Shown: piece by piece, positions 10,960 through 23,058 of the stretch
How positions within the stretch are numbered: the first letter of the stretch is position 1
Layout: each line of letters begins with the position of its first letter
Origin: an uncultured Candidatus Rokubacteria bacterium
GTDB taxonomy: Bacteria > Methylomirabilota > Methylomirabilia > Rokubacteriales > CSP1-6
Direction: 5' to 3'
Assembly (NCBI GenBank): GCA_963758635.1
Contig: CAVWWD010000004.1
Coordinates: 256,001 to 320,000, forward strand
Length of the DNA stretch: 64,000 bases
The notes under the pieces: generated by a model
Databases searched by the model: none
What the model saw: the letters and a program-made list of their open reading frames with translations, nothing else
What the model was told of the DNA's origin: nothing
Program-made: the position numbers and the translations under genes

Positions 10960-13444
10960 ATGCCCACCGCGAGCGACTTCGAGAAGCTGGGCGTCTTCTA
11001 TCTCGGGCGCCCCCATGACCTGCGCGCGGGCAAGAGCCGCGGCGACGAGCCCTTGCTCTACGACGCCAAGGACCTCGTCACCCACGCGGTCTGCGTGGGC
11101 ATGACGGGCAGCGGGAAGACCGGCCTCTGCCTCTCGCTGCTCGAGGAGGCCGCGCTCGACGGCGTCCCCGCCATCGCGATCGACCCGAAGGGCGACCTGC
11201 CCAACCTGCTGCTGACGTTCCCCGACCTCTCGCCGGGGGACTTCGCGCCCTGGATCAACGAGGACGACGCCCGCAGGAAGGGCCTGACGCCCGAGGCGTA
11301 CGCCGCGCAGCAGGCGGAGCTGTGGCGCACCGGGCTCGGTCGATGGGGGCAGGACGGCGAGCGCATCCGCCGGCTCCGCGCGGCCGCGGACTTCGCGATC
11401 TACACTCCGGGCAGCACGGCGGGCCTGCCGCTGTCGATCGTGGCCTCCTTCGCGTGCCCGCCCGCGGCGGTGCGCGAGGACGCCGAGCTCCTGCGCGAGC
11501 GCGTGGCCACCACCGCCACCAGCCTCCTCGGCCTCGCCGGCGTCGACGCCGACCCGCTGAAGAGCCGCGAGCACGTGCTCGTGTCGACGCTCCTGGACAC
11601 GGCCTGGCGCGCCGGGCGCAACCTCGACATCCCGACCCTCATCCAGGAGATCCAGTCGCCGCCGATGAGCCGCGTCGGCGTGCTCGACCTCGAGTCGTTC
11701 TTCCCGTCGCGAGCGCGCTTCGAGCTGGCCATGGCCGTCAACAACCTGCTCGCCGCGCCCGGGTTCGGGGCGTGGATGGAGGGCGAGCCGCTCGACGTGG
11801 CCCGGCTCCTGCGCACGCCGGAGGGCAAGCCGCGCGTGGCGATCGTGTCGATCGCCCACCTGTCGGACGCCGAGCGCATGTTCTTCGTGTCCCTCCTCCT
11901 CAACGAGGTGCTGGGCTGGATGCGCGCCCAGTCGGGCACGACGAGCCTCCGCGCCATCCTCTACATGGACGAGATCTTCGGCTACTTCCCGCCGGTGGCG
12001 AACCCGCCGTCGAAGACGCCGCTCCTCACGCTCCTGAAGCAGGCGCGCGCCTTCGGGCTCGGCGTGGTCCTGGCCACCCAGAACCCCGTGGACCTCGACT
12101 ACAAGGGGCTCTCCAACGCCGGCACCTGGTTCATCGGCCGGCTGCAGACCGAGCGCGACAAGGCCCGCGTCCTCGAGGGGCTCGAGGGCGCCGCGGCGGG
12201 CGCCACCGGCTTCGACCGCCAGGCGATGGAGGCCACCATCGCCGGCCTCGGCAATCGCGTGTTCCTCATGCACGACGTGCACGAGGACGGCCCCGTGGTG
12301 TTCGAGACGCGGTGGGCCATGTCCTATCTGCGGGGCCCGCTCACCCGCGACCCAGATCAAGACCCTGACCGATCCGCGCCGGGCCGCTCCGCCGGACCGC
12401 CCCGCGGCGGCCGCCGCGCCCGTGCCGGCGGCGGCCCGCGAGCGCGGCCGCCCGCGCCACGGCCGCGGGCCCGTCGGCCGCGTCCGCCGCCGCCCGGCCG
12501 GTGTTGCCGCCCGAGATCCCGCAGCACTTCGTGCCCGTGCGCGGCGCGCCGCCGGCGGGGGCGGCGCTCGTCTACGAGCCGATGCTGCTCGGCGCGGCCT
12601 CGGTGCGCTTCGCGGACCGGAAGACGGGTGTGGACGTGACGCGCGAGTGCGTCGTGCTGGCGCGGCTCGGCGCCGGCGCGGTCGGCGGCGAGCTGGGACG
12701 ACGCGGTCGAGACGACGGTGCCGCTGGACGACCTCGAGGCGGCGCCTGCAGGCGGGCGCGGCGTTCGCGGAGGTGCCGGCGGCGGCGGCGAAGAAGGCGT
12801 CCTACGCGGCGTGGAGCAGGGACCTCGCGGGCTGGCTCTATCGCACGCAGAAGGTCGAGCTCCTCCGCAGCGCGCGGACAAGCTCGTGTCGAGGGCCGAC
12901 GAGAGCGAGGGCGACTTCCGCGCCCGCCTGCACGAGGCGACGCGCGCCGCGCGCGACGCCGTGGCCGACAAGCTCAAGGTCAAGTACGCGCCGAAGGTGG
13001 CCGCGCTGCAGGAGCGCATCCGCCGCGCCGAGCAGGCGCGCGAGCGGGAGTCCGAGCAGGTGACCCAGCAGGGGCTCCAGGCCGCGATCTCCGTGGGCGC
13101 CACGCTGATCGGCGCGCTGCTCGGCCGGAAGGCCGCCACCGCCTCCACGCTCGGCCGCGCCACCACGGCCGCGCGCGGCGCCGGGCGCGTGCTCAAGGAG
13201 CGGCAGGACGCCACGCGCGCCCAGGAAAGCCTGGAGGCGCTCCAGGCCCAGCTCGCCGCGCTCGACGGAGCAGTTCAAGGCCGATCTCGACAAGGTGGCG
13301 GGCGGGGCCGACCCGCTCACCGCGCCGCTCGAGACGGTGAGCCTGTCGCCCACCAAGCAGAACATCGCGGTGAAGCTGGTGGCGCTCGCCTGGGTCCCCG
13401 TCTGGCGTGACGCCGCCGGAGCGGTGACGCCAGCCTGGAGCTGA
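10960..13444 (+). CDS. HerA/DUF87-like P-loop ATPase with coiled-coil C-terminus (several frameshifts)
   Basis: Walker [48 protein letters not shown]-terminal pieces lie in shifting frames up to TGA 13444. Confidence 0.8.
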
Positions 13445-13459
13445 CGCGCAAGCCGCTCG

Positions 13460-14144
13460 GTGCGATCCCGCGCCGCCGCGCCTGGCCGCGGGCGTCGCGC
13501 TCCTCTGCCTGGGCTGCGCCGGTCCCGGGCCAGGTCGCCGTCGAGCCGGCGCTCGCGCGGCGGCCGGGCGAGGCGACGGTCACCGTTCACGTCGTGAGCC
13601 ACGGCTGGCACACGGGCATCGTGCTCGCGCGCGCCGACATCCCGACGGGCGAGCTGGCCCGAGCAGGCTCGATTCCCGGCGGCCCGATTCCTCGAGGTGG
13701 GCTGGGGCGATCGCGCGTTCTACGAGACGCCGGACGCGGGCGATGGCTGGCGATCAAGGCGGCGTTCGGATCTGAGCGGAGCGCGCTCCACGTCGCGGGC
13801 TTCGACCGCGCGCCGGCCGCCGAGTTCGCCGGGGCCGAGCTGTCGCCCTCGAGCTGTTCGCGACGGGGATGGACGCGCTCGCGCGCTTCGTCTCGGCGAC
13901 GTACGCGCGCGACCCCGCGGGCGAGCCGATCGAGGCCGGGCCCGGGACTCGCGCCGCTGAGCCGCTTCTACGCGGCCACCCGCCGGTACTCGATCTGTCC
14001 TACACGTGCAACAGCTGGGTCGCCGAGGCCCTCCACGCCGCCGGCTGTCCGGCCCCGTGGTCCTGGCCCGTCACGGCGGGTGGGGTGCTCGACCAGGCGC
14101 GGCGCTGCGGGGCGCTCGGGCGGATGCGGGGCGGGCCTGGCTGA
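13460..14144 (+). CDS. DUF2459-like protein (frameshifted; start uncertain)
   Basis: VVSHGWHTGIV, FLEVGWGDRAFY and YTCNSWVAEAL pieces. Confidence 0.6.
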
Positions 14145-14193
14145 GCGCGGAGCTAGCGGAGCGGCGGGCGACCGGGGGCGGTGGTTTCTAATT

Positions 14194-14234
14194 CATTTCC
14201 ATATACGCTCGCCTCGCCTGCGGCTCGGCTCGCA
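14194..14234 (-). repeat. Dispersed repeat family B, copy 2
   Basis: Reverse complement reads TGCGAGCCGAGCCGCAGGCGAGGCGAGCGTATATGGAAATG, 3 nt after the SDR stop. Confidence 0.85.
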
Positions 14235-14237
14235 AAC

Positions 14238-15035
14238 CTAGGTAGCCTCGTCGAGCTGCTGGGGCGGCGGGCCGCCGTCGATGACGATGGTCTCGCCGTT
14301 CAGGAAGCTCGACGCGTCGGAGGCGAGGAACACGCAGGGGTAGGCGATCTCCTCGACCTTCCCCCAGCGTCCGATGCCCACGCGGGCCGCGACCGAGTCG
14401 TAGACGCGCTGGGCGTCGGGGTTGGTGCGGTGGAGCACCTCGAGGTAGCCCTCGGTCTCCACCGGCCCCGGCGCGATGCAGTTCACGCGGATGCCCTTCC
14501 GGCCCCACGCGGTGGCGAGCGACGTGGTGAGGTTCATGACCGCGGCCTTGGACGCCCCGTAGTGCGACATCATCACGGCGCCCCGCACCCCCGCCGTGGA
14601 GGCGATGTTGATGATGACGCCCCGGCCGCGCGGGAGCATGTGCCGCGCCGCCCACTTCGAGCCGAAGAAGACGCCGTTCAGGTTGATCTGCACCACGGTG
14701 TTCCAGCCATTCGGCGTGATGTCCTCCGGGTTCGCGCGGAAGGACGCGCCCGCGTTGTTGACCATCACGTCGAGCTGGCCCATGTCGCGGACGGTGCGCG
14801 CGACCAGCTCCTTCACCGCGTCCTCCTGGCGCACGTCCACCGCCATCGCGAACGCGCGCCGGCCGAGCTTCTTCACCTCGGCCACGGTGGGCTCGAGGTG
14901 CTCGATCTTGCGGCTGGCGATGACCACGTCCGCTCCCGCGCGCGCGAACTCCACGGAGATCGACCGGCCGATGCCGACGCCTCCGCCGGTGACGATGGCG
15001 ACCCGACCTTCCAGCGAGAACGGCGACGATGCCAT
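14238..15035 (-). CDS. SDR family oxidoreductase (FabG-like)
   Basis: TGGGVGIG, NNAG, YGASK, IRVNCIAPG. Confidence 0.9.
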   Translation of the reverse strand: MASSPFSLEGRVAIVTGGGVGIGRSISVEFARAGADVVIASRKIEHLEPTVAEVKKLGRRAFAMAVDVRQEDAVKELVARTVRDMGQLDVMVNNAGASFRANPEDITPNGWNTVVQINLNGVFFGSKWAARHMLPRGRGVIINIASTAGVRGAVMMSHYGASKAAVMNLTTSLATAWGRKGIRVNCIAPGPVETEGYLEVLHRTNPDAQRVYDSVAARVGIGRWGKVEEIAYPCVFLASDASSFLNGETIVIDGGPPPQQLDEAT

Positions 15036-15059
15036 GGGCGAGCTCTCCTCGTGATGGGG

Positions 15060-15909
15060 TTATACTCCGCGGGTCCGCGGGGTCAGGCCGGCGGGCGGCG
15101 GGCTCTCGAAGCGCGCGGGGCGGCCCGTCGTGGGATGCACGAACCCCAGGCGCGTGGCGTGGAGCCAGAGCCGGCGCTCGCGGCGCCCGCCGTGCTCCAG
15201 GTCGCCGGCGATGGGGTGGCCGAGCGCGGCGAGCTGCACGCGGATCTGCCGCCGCCGGCCGGTGCCGAGGTCCAGCGCGACGAGCGTGCGCTCGGCGCGG
15301 CGCTCGAGCACGCGATAGCGCGTGATCGCCTCCCGCGCGCCCTTCTCCCGCGGGCGCGCCGCCCGGACGCGCACGCCGCGGTCGGTGATGACGGGCATGG
15401 TCAGCGTGCCCGCGTCCGCGCGCACGAGCCCCTCCACGAGCGCCACGTAGCCGCGCTCGACGCTCCTCGCCTCGAACTGCGCCTGCAGCCGCCGCTTCGC
15501 CGCGACCGACTTGGCGATGACGAGCAGGCCCGAACGTCTCCCGGTCGAGGCGGTGGACGGCGAACGGGCGCCGCGGCGGGCTCGCGCCCGCGAGGTACGT
15601 CCACACCAGGCGGTAGGCGGTGCGGTCGCGCTCTCGCTCGGTGGCGATCGTCAGGAGGCCGACGGGCTTGTCGACCACGAGGAGGTCGCCGTCCTCGTAG
15701 AGGATCGGCAGCCCGGGCGGGGGAAGGTTCGGCGGCGTGCCCAGCGTGACGCGGCTCCGCGGCGCGACGGCCACGCGCCCGTCGCGCGCGACCTGCCCGT
15801 CCACGCGCACGCGCCTCGCGGCGAGCCATCGCTTGAGGCTGGTGTGCGAGGCCTCGGGAAAGAGCTCGCGGAGACGGTCGATCAGCGTGGTGCGATCTCC
15901 TCGCCCCAC
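15060..15909 (-). CDS. RluA-family pseudouridine synthase with S4 domain (frameshift near 15535)
   Basis: ILYEDGDLLVVDKPVGL, VHRLDRET, TGRRRQIRVQL, GHPIAGD, LWLHA. Start overlaps the AKR stop and is uncertain. Confidence 0.85.
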
Positions 15910-16919
15910 GGCTCCATGGCGGGGCGAAGCGGGGTGAACTCGCGCACGCGGCCCGCGACGCCGGCGAGGATGCCGTCGATCTTCGCCCGCTCCTCCGCGG
16001 TGAGGTCCATGTCCGCGCCGGCGTCGTTGGCGTCCACCTCGGCGGGCGTGCGGGCGCCGACCAGCGCGGTGCTCACCGCGGGGTGCCCGAGCACCCAGGC
16101 CAGCGCGATCTGGGAGAGCGGCACGCCGCGCGGCACGGCCACCTCGGCGCGCAGGCGGTCCACCACGCGGAGGTTCGCGCGGAAGTTCTCGGCGCGGAAG
16201 ATGGGCTGGCCGAAGGCCACGCCGTTGCCGCGCCAGTCGCGCGCGGGATCGAAGGTCGTCGCGGCGGTGAAGGCGCCGGTCAGGAGGCCGTGGCCGAGCG
16301 AGCCGTAGCCCATCACGCCGATGCCCTGCTCCAGGCACAGGGGAAACGTCTCCTGCTCCTGGCGGCGGTCGAGCATGTGGTAGCCCACCTGCGACACGTC
16401 CACGCGGCGCGTGCGCAGGCACTCGGCCATCATGGCGCCGGTGAAGTTGGAGACGCCGACGAAGCGCGCGCGTCCGGAGGCCACGACCTCCTCGAGCGCC
16501 CGCATGCTCTCGTCGAAGGGCGTCTGCGCGTCCGGCCAGTGGACCAGCAGCACGTCGACCCAGTCGGTGCGCAGGCGCTTCAGGCTGGCGTCGATCTCGC
16601 GGAGGATGTTCGCGCGCGTCGCGTCGCGCAGGGGACCGACCTGGCCGGGAGGCGCCGCCTTCACCCCGCACTTCGTGACGAGGATCACGTCGCGGCGACG
16701 GCCCTCGAGGGCGCGCGCCACCACGTCCTCGGAGTGACCGGCGCCGTAGGCGGGAGCGGTGTCCACGCAGTTCACGCCCTTCTCGAGCGCGCGATGGATG
16801 GCCTTCACGGCCTCGTCGTCCTCGATCGCGCCGTAGCGGTCGCCGGCCATCGGCCAGCAGCCGAAGCCCACCACCGACACCGACAGCCCCGTCCGTCCGA
16901 ATGGGCGATAGCGCATCAC
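15882..16919 (-). CDS. Aldo/keto reductase
   Basis: GRTGLSVSVVGFGCW, DTAPAYG, LVTKCG, LVHWPD, GVSNF. Confidence 0.9.
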   Translation of the reverse strand: MMRYRPFGRTGLSVSVVGFGCWPMAGDRYGAIEDDEAVKAIHRALEKGVNCVDTAPAYGAGHSEDVVARALEGRRRDVILVTKCGVKAAPPGQVGPLRDATRANILREIDASLKRLRTDWVDVLLVHWPDAQTPFDESMRALEEVVASGRARFVGVSNFTGAMMAECLRTRRVDVSQVGYHMLDRRQEQETFPLCLEQGIGVMGYGSLGHGLLTGAFTAATTFDPARDWRGNGVAFGQPIFRAENFRANLRVVDRLRAEVAVPRGVPLSQIALAWVLGHPAVSTALVGARTPAEVDANDAGADMDLTAEERAKIDGILAGVAGRVREFTPLRPAMEPWGEEIAPR

Positions 16920-16984
16920 GAACCCCCGTGGAGAGATCTCGGCGCCGCTGGCCGCGCGAGCGCCCGATCAGGAGGATAGCAGCT

Positions 16985-19481
16985 TCACTCGCCGCGGAGG
17001 ACGGCCAGCGGCGCGCGCCCGAGGAGGCGGAAGCTGCCGAGGAAGCCCACGCCGACGGCCGCGACGGCGGACAGGAGCACGCCCGCGGCCAGGGTGACGG
17101 GCTGCCACGCCCACGGCACCTCGAGCACGAAGCGCCCCACGCCGGCGGCGAGGACGGCGGCCAGCGCGGTGCCGGCGAGGCCGGCGGCCACGCCGAGGAG
17201 CGCGTACTCCACGGCGAACATGCGCGCGATGGCCCCGCGCGTGGCGCCCACCGCCTTCAGGAGCACGGACTGGTAGAGCCGCTCCGCCCGCGTGACGGCG
17301 AGGGCGCCCGCCACCACCACCAGGCTTGCCAGGAGCGTGACGGCGGCGACCAGGCGCACCGCGAACACGATCTGGTCCACCATGCCGGTCACGCGCTCCA
17401 GCACCTCGCGAACCGGGATGGCCGTCACGTTGGGGAGCGCCGACGTCACCTGCGACTGCACCCGCGCCTCGTCGCCGGGACTCACGCGCGCGGTGGCGAT
17501 GTAGGTCGCGGGCGCGCCGTCCAGGGCGCCCGGCGAGAAGATCACGAAGAAGTTCGCGGAGAACGTGCGCCAGTCGACGCGCCGGAGGCTCTCGATCCGC
17601 GCCGTCACCGGCACGCCGAGCACGTCGAACGTGAGGGCGTCGCCCAGGCCCACGCCGAGGGACTTCGCGATCTCCTCCTCCACGGAGATCAAGGGCTCGC
17701 GGCGGGCCTCCTCGGCGGTCCACCAGCGGCCAGCCACCACGACGTTGTCGCCGGGCGGGGCGGCGGCCCACGTGAGCACGTACTGGCGGGTGAGGTGCCA
17801 TTGCTCGTCGCGCCGCCCGCGGTCCGCCTCGACGGGCACGCCCTTGACCGCGGCCAGCCGCGAGCGCACCACCGGGATCAACGTGGGCGCTGCCCCGCTC
17901 GTCTCCCGCACGATGCGGCCGAAGTCGTCCACCTGGTCGGGCTGCAGGTCGATGAAGAAGAACGCGGGCGCGCGCTGCGCCCGCGCGGCGACCAGGTCCC
18001 CCCGCAGGTTGGCCTCGAGGATGGCCACCGCCATCACGAGCATCACGGCGAGGCCGAGGGTGACGAGGATCGCGCCGGCGCGGCTGCCGGGCCGGTGGAG
18101 GTTGGCGAGGCCCTGACGCCAGGCGAGCGGGCCGCGCCCCCGCGGCACGCGGCGGGCCAGACGCAGCGCGAGGCGCGCCGCGCCCCACAGCAGGAGGAGG
18201 CCGCCCGCGAACCCGCCCACGAAGAGCGCGCCCACCTTGAGCGAGCCCGCCTGCCAGAACGCGAGCGCGGCGAGCCCCGCGGCGATGGGCAGCGCGACGA
18301 GGCGCTCGCGCGCCGCGGGGCGTCGCGGCTCCGTGTCGCGACGGAGGATGAAGGCGGCCCCGACGCGGCGCACCTCGAGGAGCGGCCAGAGGGCGGCCAG
18401 CACGGTCACGCCCAGCCCCATGGCGAGGCCGCGCAGGACCGCGCCCGGCGCGATCGAGGGCGTGAGGGGAAGCGGCATCAGCGTGCCGGCGAGCCGGGCG
18501 AGGATCGGGACGAGGGCGGCGCCGAGCGCGGCGCCGGCCAGGCTTCCCGCGAGCCCGAGCGCGCCCGTCTGCACCAGGTACACGGCGAGGATCCGGCGCC
18601 ACTCGGCGCCGAGGCACTTGAGGATGGCGATGGTGGCGAGCTTGCCTCGCACGAACGCGCCCACGCTCACCGCCACGCCGATGCCCCCCACGAGGAGCGC
18701 GACGAGCCCGGCGAGGCCCAGGTACGTGGTGAGCTGGTCCCAGAACCGCCGGAGGCCCGGCTGGGCCTGGCGAAACGTCGTGATGCGGAGCGCGGGGTCG
18801 GGGAGCGCGGCGGCGAGCCGATCGCGGAGGTCCTGGGCGTCGCCGCCGGGAGCGAGGCGCAGCAGGGTCCGGTACCGCACCCGGCTGCCCGGCTGCACGA
18901 GCCCGGTGCGCGCGAGGTCGCCGGCCGTCACGAGCACGCGCGGCCCGAGCGAGAAGACGCCGGCCGTCCGATCGGGCTCCACCACGATGCGCCCAGAGAC
19001 GGTGACCTCCGCGTCGCCGATGCGCATTCGGTCACCCACGGCGAGGCCGAGGCGCAGCAGCAGCGACTCGTGGACGAGGACGCGGCCCTCGCCGAGGAGG
19101 GACGCGAGGGGCCCGGGCGGGATCGGTGACCGGCGCGCCGTGGAGCGGGTAGCCGGGGCCCACGGCCTTCAGCTCCACGAGCTGGCTCCGCTCGCCGGCG
19201 CGCGCCATGCCCACCAGCTCCATCACCGAGGCGCGCTCGACCGCCGGGCCGGCGGCGTCGCGAAGCGCGGTCTCGGCGGCGGCGGAGAGCGGCTGGGTGG
19301 AGCGGACCTCAACGTCGCCGCCCATGAGCGCGCGCGCCGAGCCGGCCACCGTGCGCTCCACGCTGCCGCCGAGCCCGGCCACCGCGACCAGGGCGGCCAC
19401 GCCGAGCGACACGCACGCGGCGAGATACGCGAAGTGGCGGCCCGCCCCGCGGGTCTCCCGCCAGGCCATGCGCAGGATCAC
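16985..19481 (-). CDS. YbbP/FtsX-like ABC transporter permease (frameshift near 19100)
   Basis: [11 protein letters not shown]...LMGGD...[48 protein letters not shown]. Confidence 0.85.
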
Positions 19482-20167
19482 GCGCGCGTCCCGTTGCCCG
19501 CCGCGACGTCGGCGGTCACGCGTCCGTCGCGGAGGGTGATGGTGCGGTCGGCGTGCGCGGCGAGGCTCGGGTCGTGGGTGACGAGCACGAGCGTGCTGCC
19601 GAGCGATCGGTTCTGCTCGACGAGCAGCTCGACGATCTGGGCGCCGGTGGCGGAGTCCAGGTTCCCGGTGGGCTCGTCGGCGAGGAGGACGGGCGGCCGC
19701 CGCGCCACCGCGCGCGCCACCGCCACGCGCTGCTGCTCGCCCCCCGAGAGCTGGACCGGATAGTGCTCGGCGCGGGCGGCCAGCCCGACCTCGGCGAGGA
19801 GCGCGGCGGCGCGCTCGAGGGCGCGCGGCTCGCCCGCCAGCTCGAGCGGCAACGCCACGTTCTCGAGAGCGGTGAGCGTGGGCACGAGGTGGAAGGCCTG
19901 GAACACGTAGCCGATCGCGTCGCGCCGGAAGCGCGCGAGGCCGTCCTCGCTGAGGCGTTCGAGCGCCACGCCGGCCACGGTGATCGATCCCGCGGTGGGC
20001 CGGTCGAGCCCCGCGATGAGGCCGAGCAGCGTGGACTTGCCGCTGCCCGACGGGCCGGAGATGGCGACGAACTGGCGCGCGGGGATCGACAGCGACACGC
20101 CGTCGAGCACATCCACGGGGCGGCCTCCGCTGACGAGCCGCATCGAGAGGCCGCGCACCTCGATCAT
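19478..20167 (-). CDS. YbbA/LolD-like ABC transporter ATP-binding protein
   Basis: [35 protein letters not shown]. Start placed at MIEVRG, 7 nt after a TAGCAT -10 box. Confidence 0.9.
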   Translation of the reverse strand: MIEVRGLSMRLVSGGRPVDVLDGVSLSIPARQFVAISGPSGSGKSTLLGLIAGLDRPTAGSITVAGVALERLSEDGLARFRRDAIGYVFQAFHLVPTLTALENVALPLELAGEPRALERAAALLAEVGLAARAEHYPVQLSGGEQQRVAVARAVARRPPVLLADEPTGNLDSATGAQIVELLVEQNRSLGSTLVLVTHDPSLAAHADRTITLRDGRVTADVAAGNGTRA

Positions 20168-20282
20168 CGGAGCCATGCTACACGACGGGTCGAGGGTGAC
20201 GCGGGGAGGTCAGGCGGCGAGCGGCCAGTTCGCGTACAGGGCCTCGGCTTGGCCCATCACCGCCGCGACGAGCGGATCGAAG
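20005..20282. repeat. Duplicated segment 1 (ABC ATPase 5' end and promoter); partner 39612-39873
   Basis: 190 bp near-identical (20005-20194 vs 39612-39801), plus a more diverged GGCCAGT...GGCCCATCACCGCCGCGA...GCGGATCGAAG block. Confidence 0.9.
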
Positions 20283-20345
20283 TCAATGCGCTCCCGTCAC
20301 GGCAGCCTACGGCCGGCCGAGGATCGTGGCTCAGAACGCTCCGCG

Positions 20346-20834
20346 TCAGTCGGTTCGCCGGTAGCGGGCCGTCATGAAGTGCCGCCATACGCCGTCCCTG
20401 CCCAGGACGCTCGACTTGAGCACGCGATGATCGTCGCTCTCGAGCTCGATGGCGTCCCGGTACTTCGCCATCGTGCCATCACCCTCCATCGACGGGCCCT
20501 CAGCCTCCAGGGTCAGCACTCGGCCACCGTCGTCGAGGCTGCCGTCGTAGATCCACAGGTGGGTCATCATGGAGCCGATCCAGGTGCCAACGAAGCGCTG
20601 TCGTTGCGGGTCGTAGCCGAGCGTCATGATCATCGTGGCGGTTCCCCCGCCGGGCATCTCGCCTTGGCCCTCGGCCACGATCCAGAGGTCCCCGATGGAA
20701 CGCACACGCTCCGCGCCCCGGCACGTGTCGGCGGCCTTGTCGGGCTCCCCCGTCATCTCGGCCTCCGAGGTCCACTTTCCCACCATTCTCTGCAGCCAGC
20801 GGTGCTCCGTCTGCGGTTCGACGTTCGGCATCAA
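20346..20834 (-). CDS. DUF1579 domain protein
   Basis: EHRWLQRMVGKW, MTLGYDP..QRFVGTWIGSMMTHLWIYDG, EAEGPS. Confidence 0.8.
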   Translation of the reverse strand: MMPNVEPQTEHRWLQRMVGKWTSEAEMTGEPDKAADTCRGAERVRSIGDLWIVAEGQGEMPGGGTATMIMTLGYDPQRQRFVGTWIGSMMTHLWIYDGSLDDGGRVLTLEAEGPSMEGDGTMAKYRDAIELESDDHRVLKSSVLGRDGVWRHFMTARYRRTD

Positions 20835-20988
20835 GGCGTTTCTCCTTCTCTTCGCGGGTTCCAGGGTCGTGATGCTCCCCTATGAGTCGTCCGGCGCCCG
20901 GCAAATTCGACATGCAGGGGAGCGCACCCACTTCTTCACGTCCGGCCGTCCCGAGCACACGGGCGGCCACCGGCGAGCCACCACGCCA

Positions 20989-21657
20989 CTACGGGGCACC
21001 ATCGGTGGCCCGCCGCAGCCGGCGAAGCTGCAAGAACGCAACCACGTGGAGAATGGTCCACAGCGGCACCGCGAACGTTGGCACCAGACTCAGCGGCAGT
21101 GCGCCCAGCGACGCCTGAGCCGTCCCCCCGGCGAGCAGCCCGAGCGCCGGGTTGCTGGTCAGCACGCCGGTCCCGACGGCGCCCACGAAGTCCGCGATGC
21201 CGGCCACGTTGAGCCACCATACCTGGCTGCGCCACGTCGGCGCGTTGCGGAGCATGGCGCGAAGCACGAGCACCGCGGCCACCCCCACCGCGATGTCTCC
21301 GGCGCCGGCGGGCCAGGCGAACGCACCGGGAAGGAGGCCGAACGCGTAGAGGGCCAGGAACATCCCGCCGAGGACGCGCCAGGCTTGCATCGCGGTGACC
21401 AGGCGCAGGTCGAGGCCCAGGGCGTAGGCACGCACGTCGGGCACGGTACGGTATGCGAGCACGAACAGCAGCACGGGCGCGAGGACCGCGACCAGGACGG
21501 GCAGCGGCTGATTCCCCGGCGCGGATTCGAAGACACCCTCGGCGCCGAGGACGAGCACGATGAGGAACCAGACGGCCAGGATGGCGGCCACGAGCGGGAA
21601 GAGATTTCGCTCGGCCGTGCTCGTATCGGGCAGTGCGGCATCGGTGCGGATGGCCAT
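20989..21657 (-). CDS. Hypothetical integral membrane protein
   Basis: 222-aa hydrophobic ORF (QAWRVLG, FAWPAGAGDI, LPLSLVPTFAVP) with SD GGAGG. Confidence 0.75.
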   Translation of the reverse strand: MAIRTDAALPDTSTAERNLFPLVAAILAVWFLIVLVLGAEGVFESAPGNQPLPVLVAVLAPVLLFVLAYRTVPDVRAYALGLDLRLVTAMQAWRVLGGMFLALYAFGLLPGAFAWPAGAGDIAVGVAAVLVLRAMLRNAPTWRSQVWWLNVAGIADFVGAVGTGVLTSNPALGLLAGGTAQASLGALPLSLVPTFAVPLWTILHVVAFLQLRRLRRATDGAP

Positions 21658-21729
21658 GGTGCACCTCCAGCTTTGCCCATTGCGACGCCGGAGGCCGAGG
21701 CGACGATTCGAGCGCGCGTGTCGAGGATC

Positions 21730-22161
21730 CTACGGTTCGGGCCGCGGAGCATCGTCTTCCAGCCGCCACGCCAGCAGGTTCAGCAGGTCCTCCTCCACGA
21801 GGAGGCCGACCAGCTCGTCGCCACGCACCACGGGCAGCGCCGTCAGCCGATGCGCGCGCATCAGGCGCAGGGCATCGGCGAGTGGGGTGCGGGGGCCCAC
21901 GGCGACCACCCGAGCATCCAGCACGCTCTCCACGCTCGTCTCGTCCAGCCGGCCGGCGATCTCGCCCACCGACAGCGTCGTGGCCACGGAAGGCCACGCC
22001 GCGGCCAGGTCGGCCTCGGAGAGGAGGCCCGCGAGCACGCTCCCGCGGGTGACGGGCAAAGTGCCCACGCCTTGCTGCGCGAGTACGAGCGCGGCACGGG
22101 CGACGCTGTCCGCGGGCCGGAGCCTCCGCGGCGTCCGGCGCATGACGTCCGCGGCCCTCAT
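21730..22161 (-). CDS. CBS domain protein
   Basis: Paired CBS motifs (AADVMRR...LPV...GLLSEADL; ALRLMRAHRLTALPVV..LVGLL). Confidence 0.8.
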   Translation of the reverse strand: MRAADVMRRTPRRLRPADSVARAALVLAQQGVGTLPVTRGSVLAGLLSEADLAAAWPSVATTLSVGEIAGRLDETSVESVLDARVVAVGPRTPLADALRLMRAHRLTALPVVRGDELVGLLVEEDLLNLLAWRLEDDAPRPEP

Positions 22162-23046
22162 CGTCCGCGGTCCTCATCGCGGGACACCGCGGGGGGGCCG
22201 GCTGGCACGGCGAGGACCGGACACGGCGCGAGGGGAAGGAGCTCCGCGGCCACCGAGGTCTCCAGCAACGAGAACGGCCAGCGTGAGTCCGCGCGGCCCA
22301 CCACGATCAGGTCCGCGTCCAGCTCGGTGGCGCGCCGGGCGAGCGCGGCCGCGATCACGCCCTCGCCGACCTCGAAGGTGATCCGCACGCCCGTCCCGGC
22401 CGGCGCCACCGCGTCGACCTCGTCGGCCATGCATCGGCGCGCCCGCTCCGCCCACACGATGGGCTCTGCCGCCGCGCCCTCGAGGCGGGCGAGCCAGGGG
22501 CTGGTGTCTCGCACGTGGAGCACGGTGAGCTTGGCGTCGGACACGGTCGCGAGCCGCACCGCCTCGGCGAGCGCGCGCCCGGAGCCGGCGCGAAGGCTCG
22601 CGCCCACCAGCAGGTGACCGAGCCCGGTTGCCTCCCGGCGCTCGAGCGTCCCGCGCAGCACCGCGAGCAGGTCGGCCCGGGTCACGACGCCGGCGACCTC
22701 GCCTCCCTCGGTGATCACCAGCGCATCGGCGCGCCGCGCGCGCGCGAGCCGGGCGGCGAGGGCTACCAACGTCTCCGGCGGGCAGCGCCACCATGTCCCG
22801 CGACATGACGTGGGCTACCGTCTCCGTGGCGGCCAGCTCGGCCAGATCGTACGCGCGGATCGAGGGCACGCTCGAAGGGCCGGCCCGCCGGAGGTCACGT
22901 TCGGAGAGCATGCCGACGGGCACGCGGCCGCGCACCACGGGCAAATGCCGGATGCCGTGCCGCCGCATCGTGCGCCATGCCTCATCGACGGACATCTCCT
23001 CGACGGCCGTGATGGGCGGTCTCCTCAGAAGTGTCTTGAGCTGCAT
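22158..23046 (-). CDS. CBS + universal stress protein fusion (frameshift near 22770)
   Basis: N-terminus MRRHGIRHLPVV..GMLSERDL; C-terminus LTVLHV...ADLIVVG...APCPVLAVP. Confidence 0.8.
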
Positions 23047-23058
23047 CGGGGGCCCCTT

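Noticed and set aside
10960..13444. HerA-like ATPase as a defence or conjugation system
   Set aside because: No adjacent NurA/SIR2/nuclease or type IV secretion genes.
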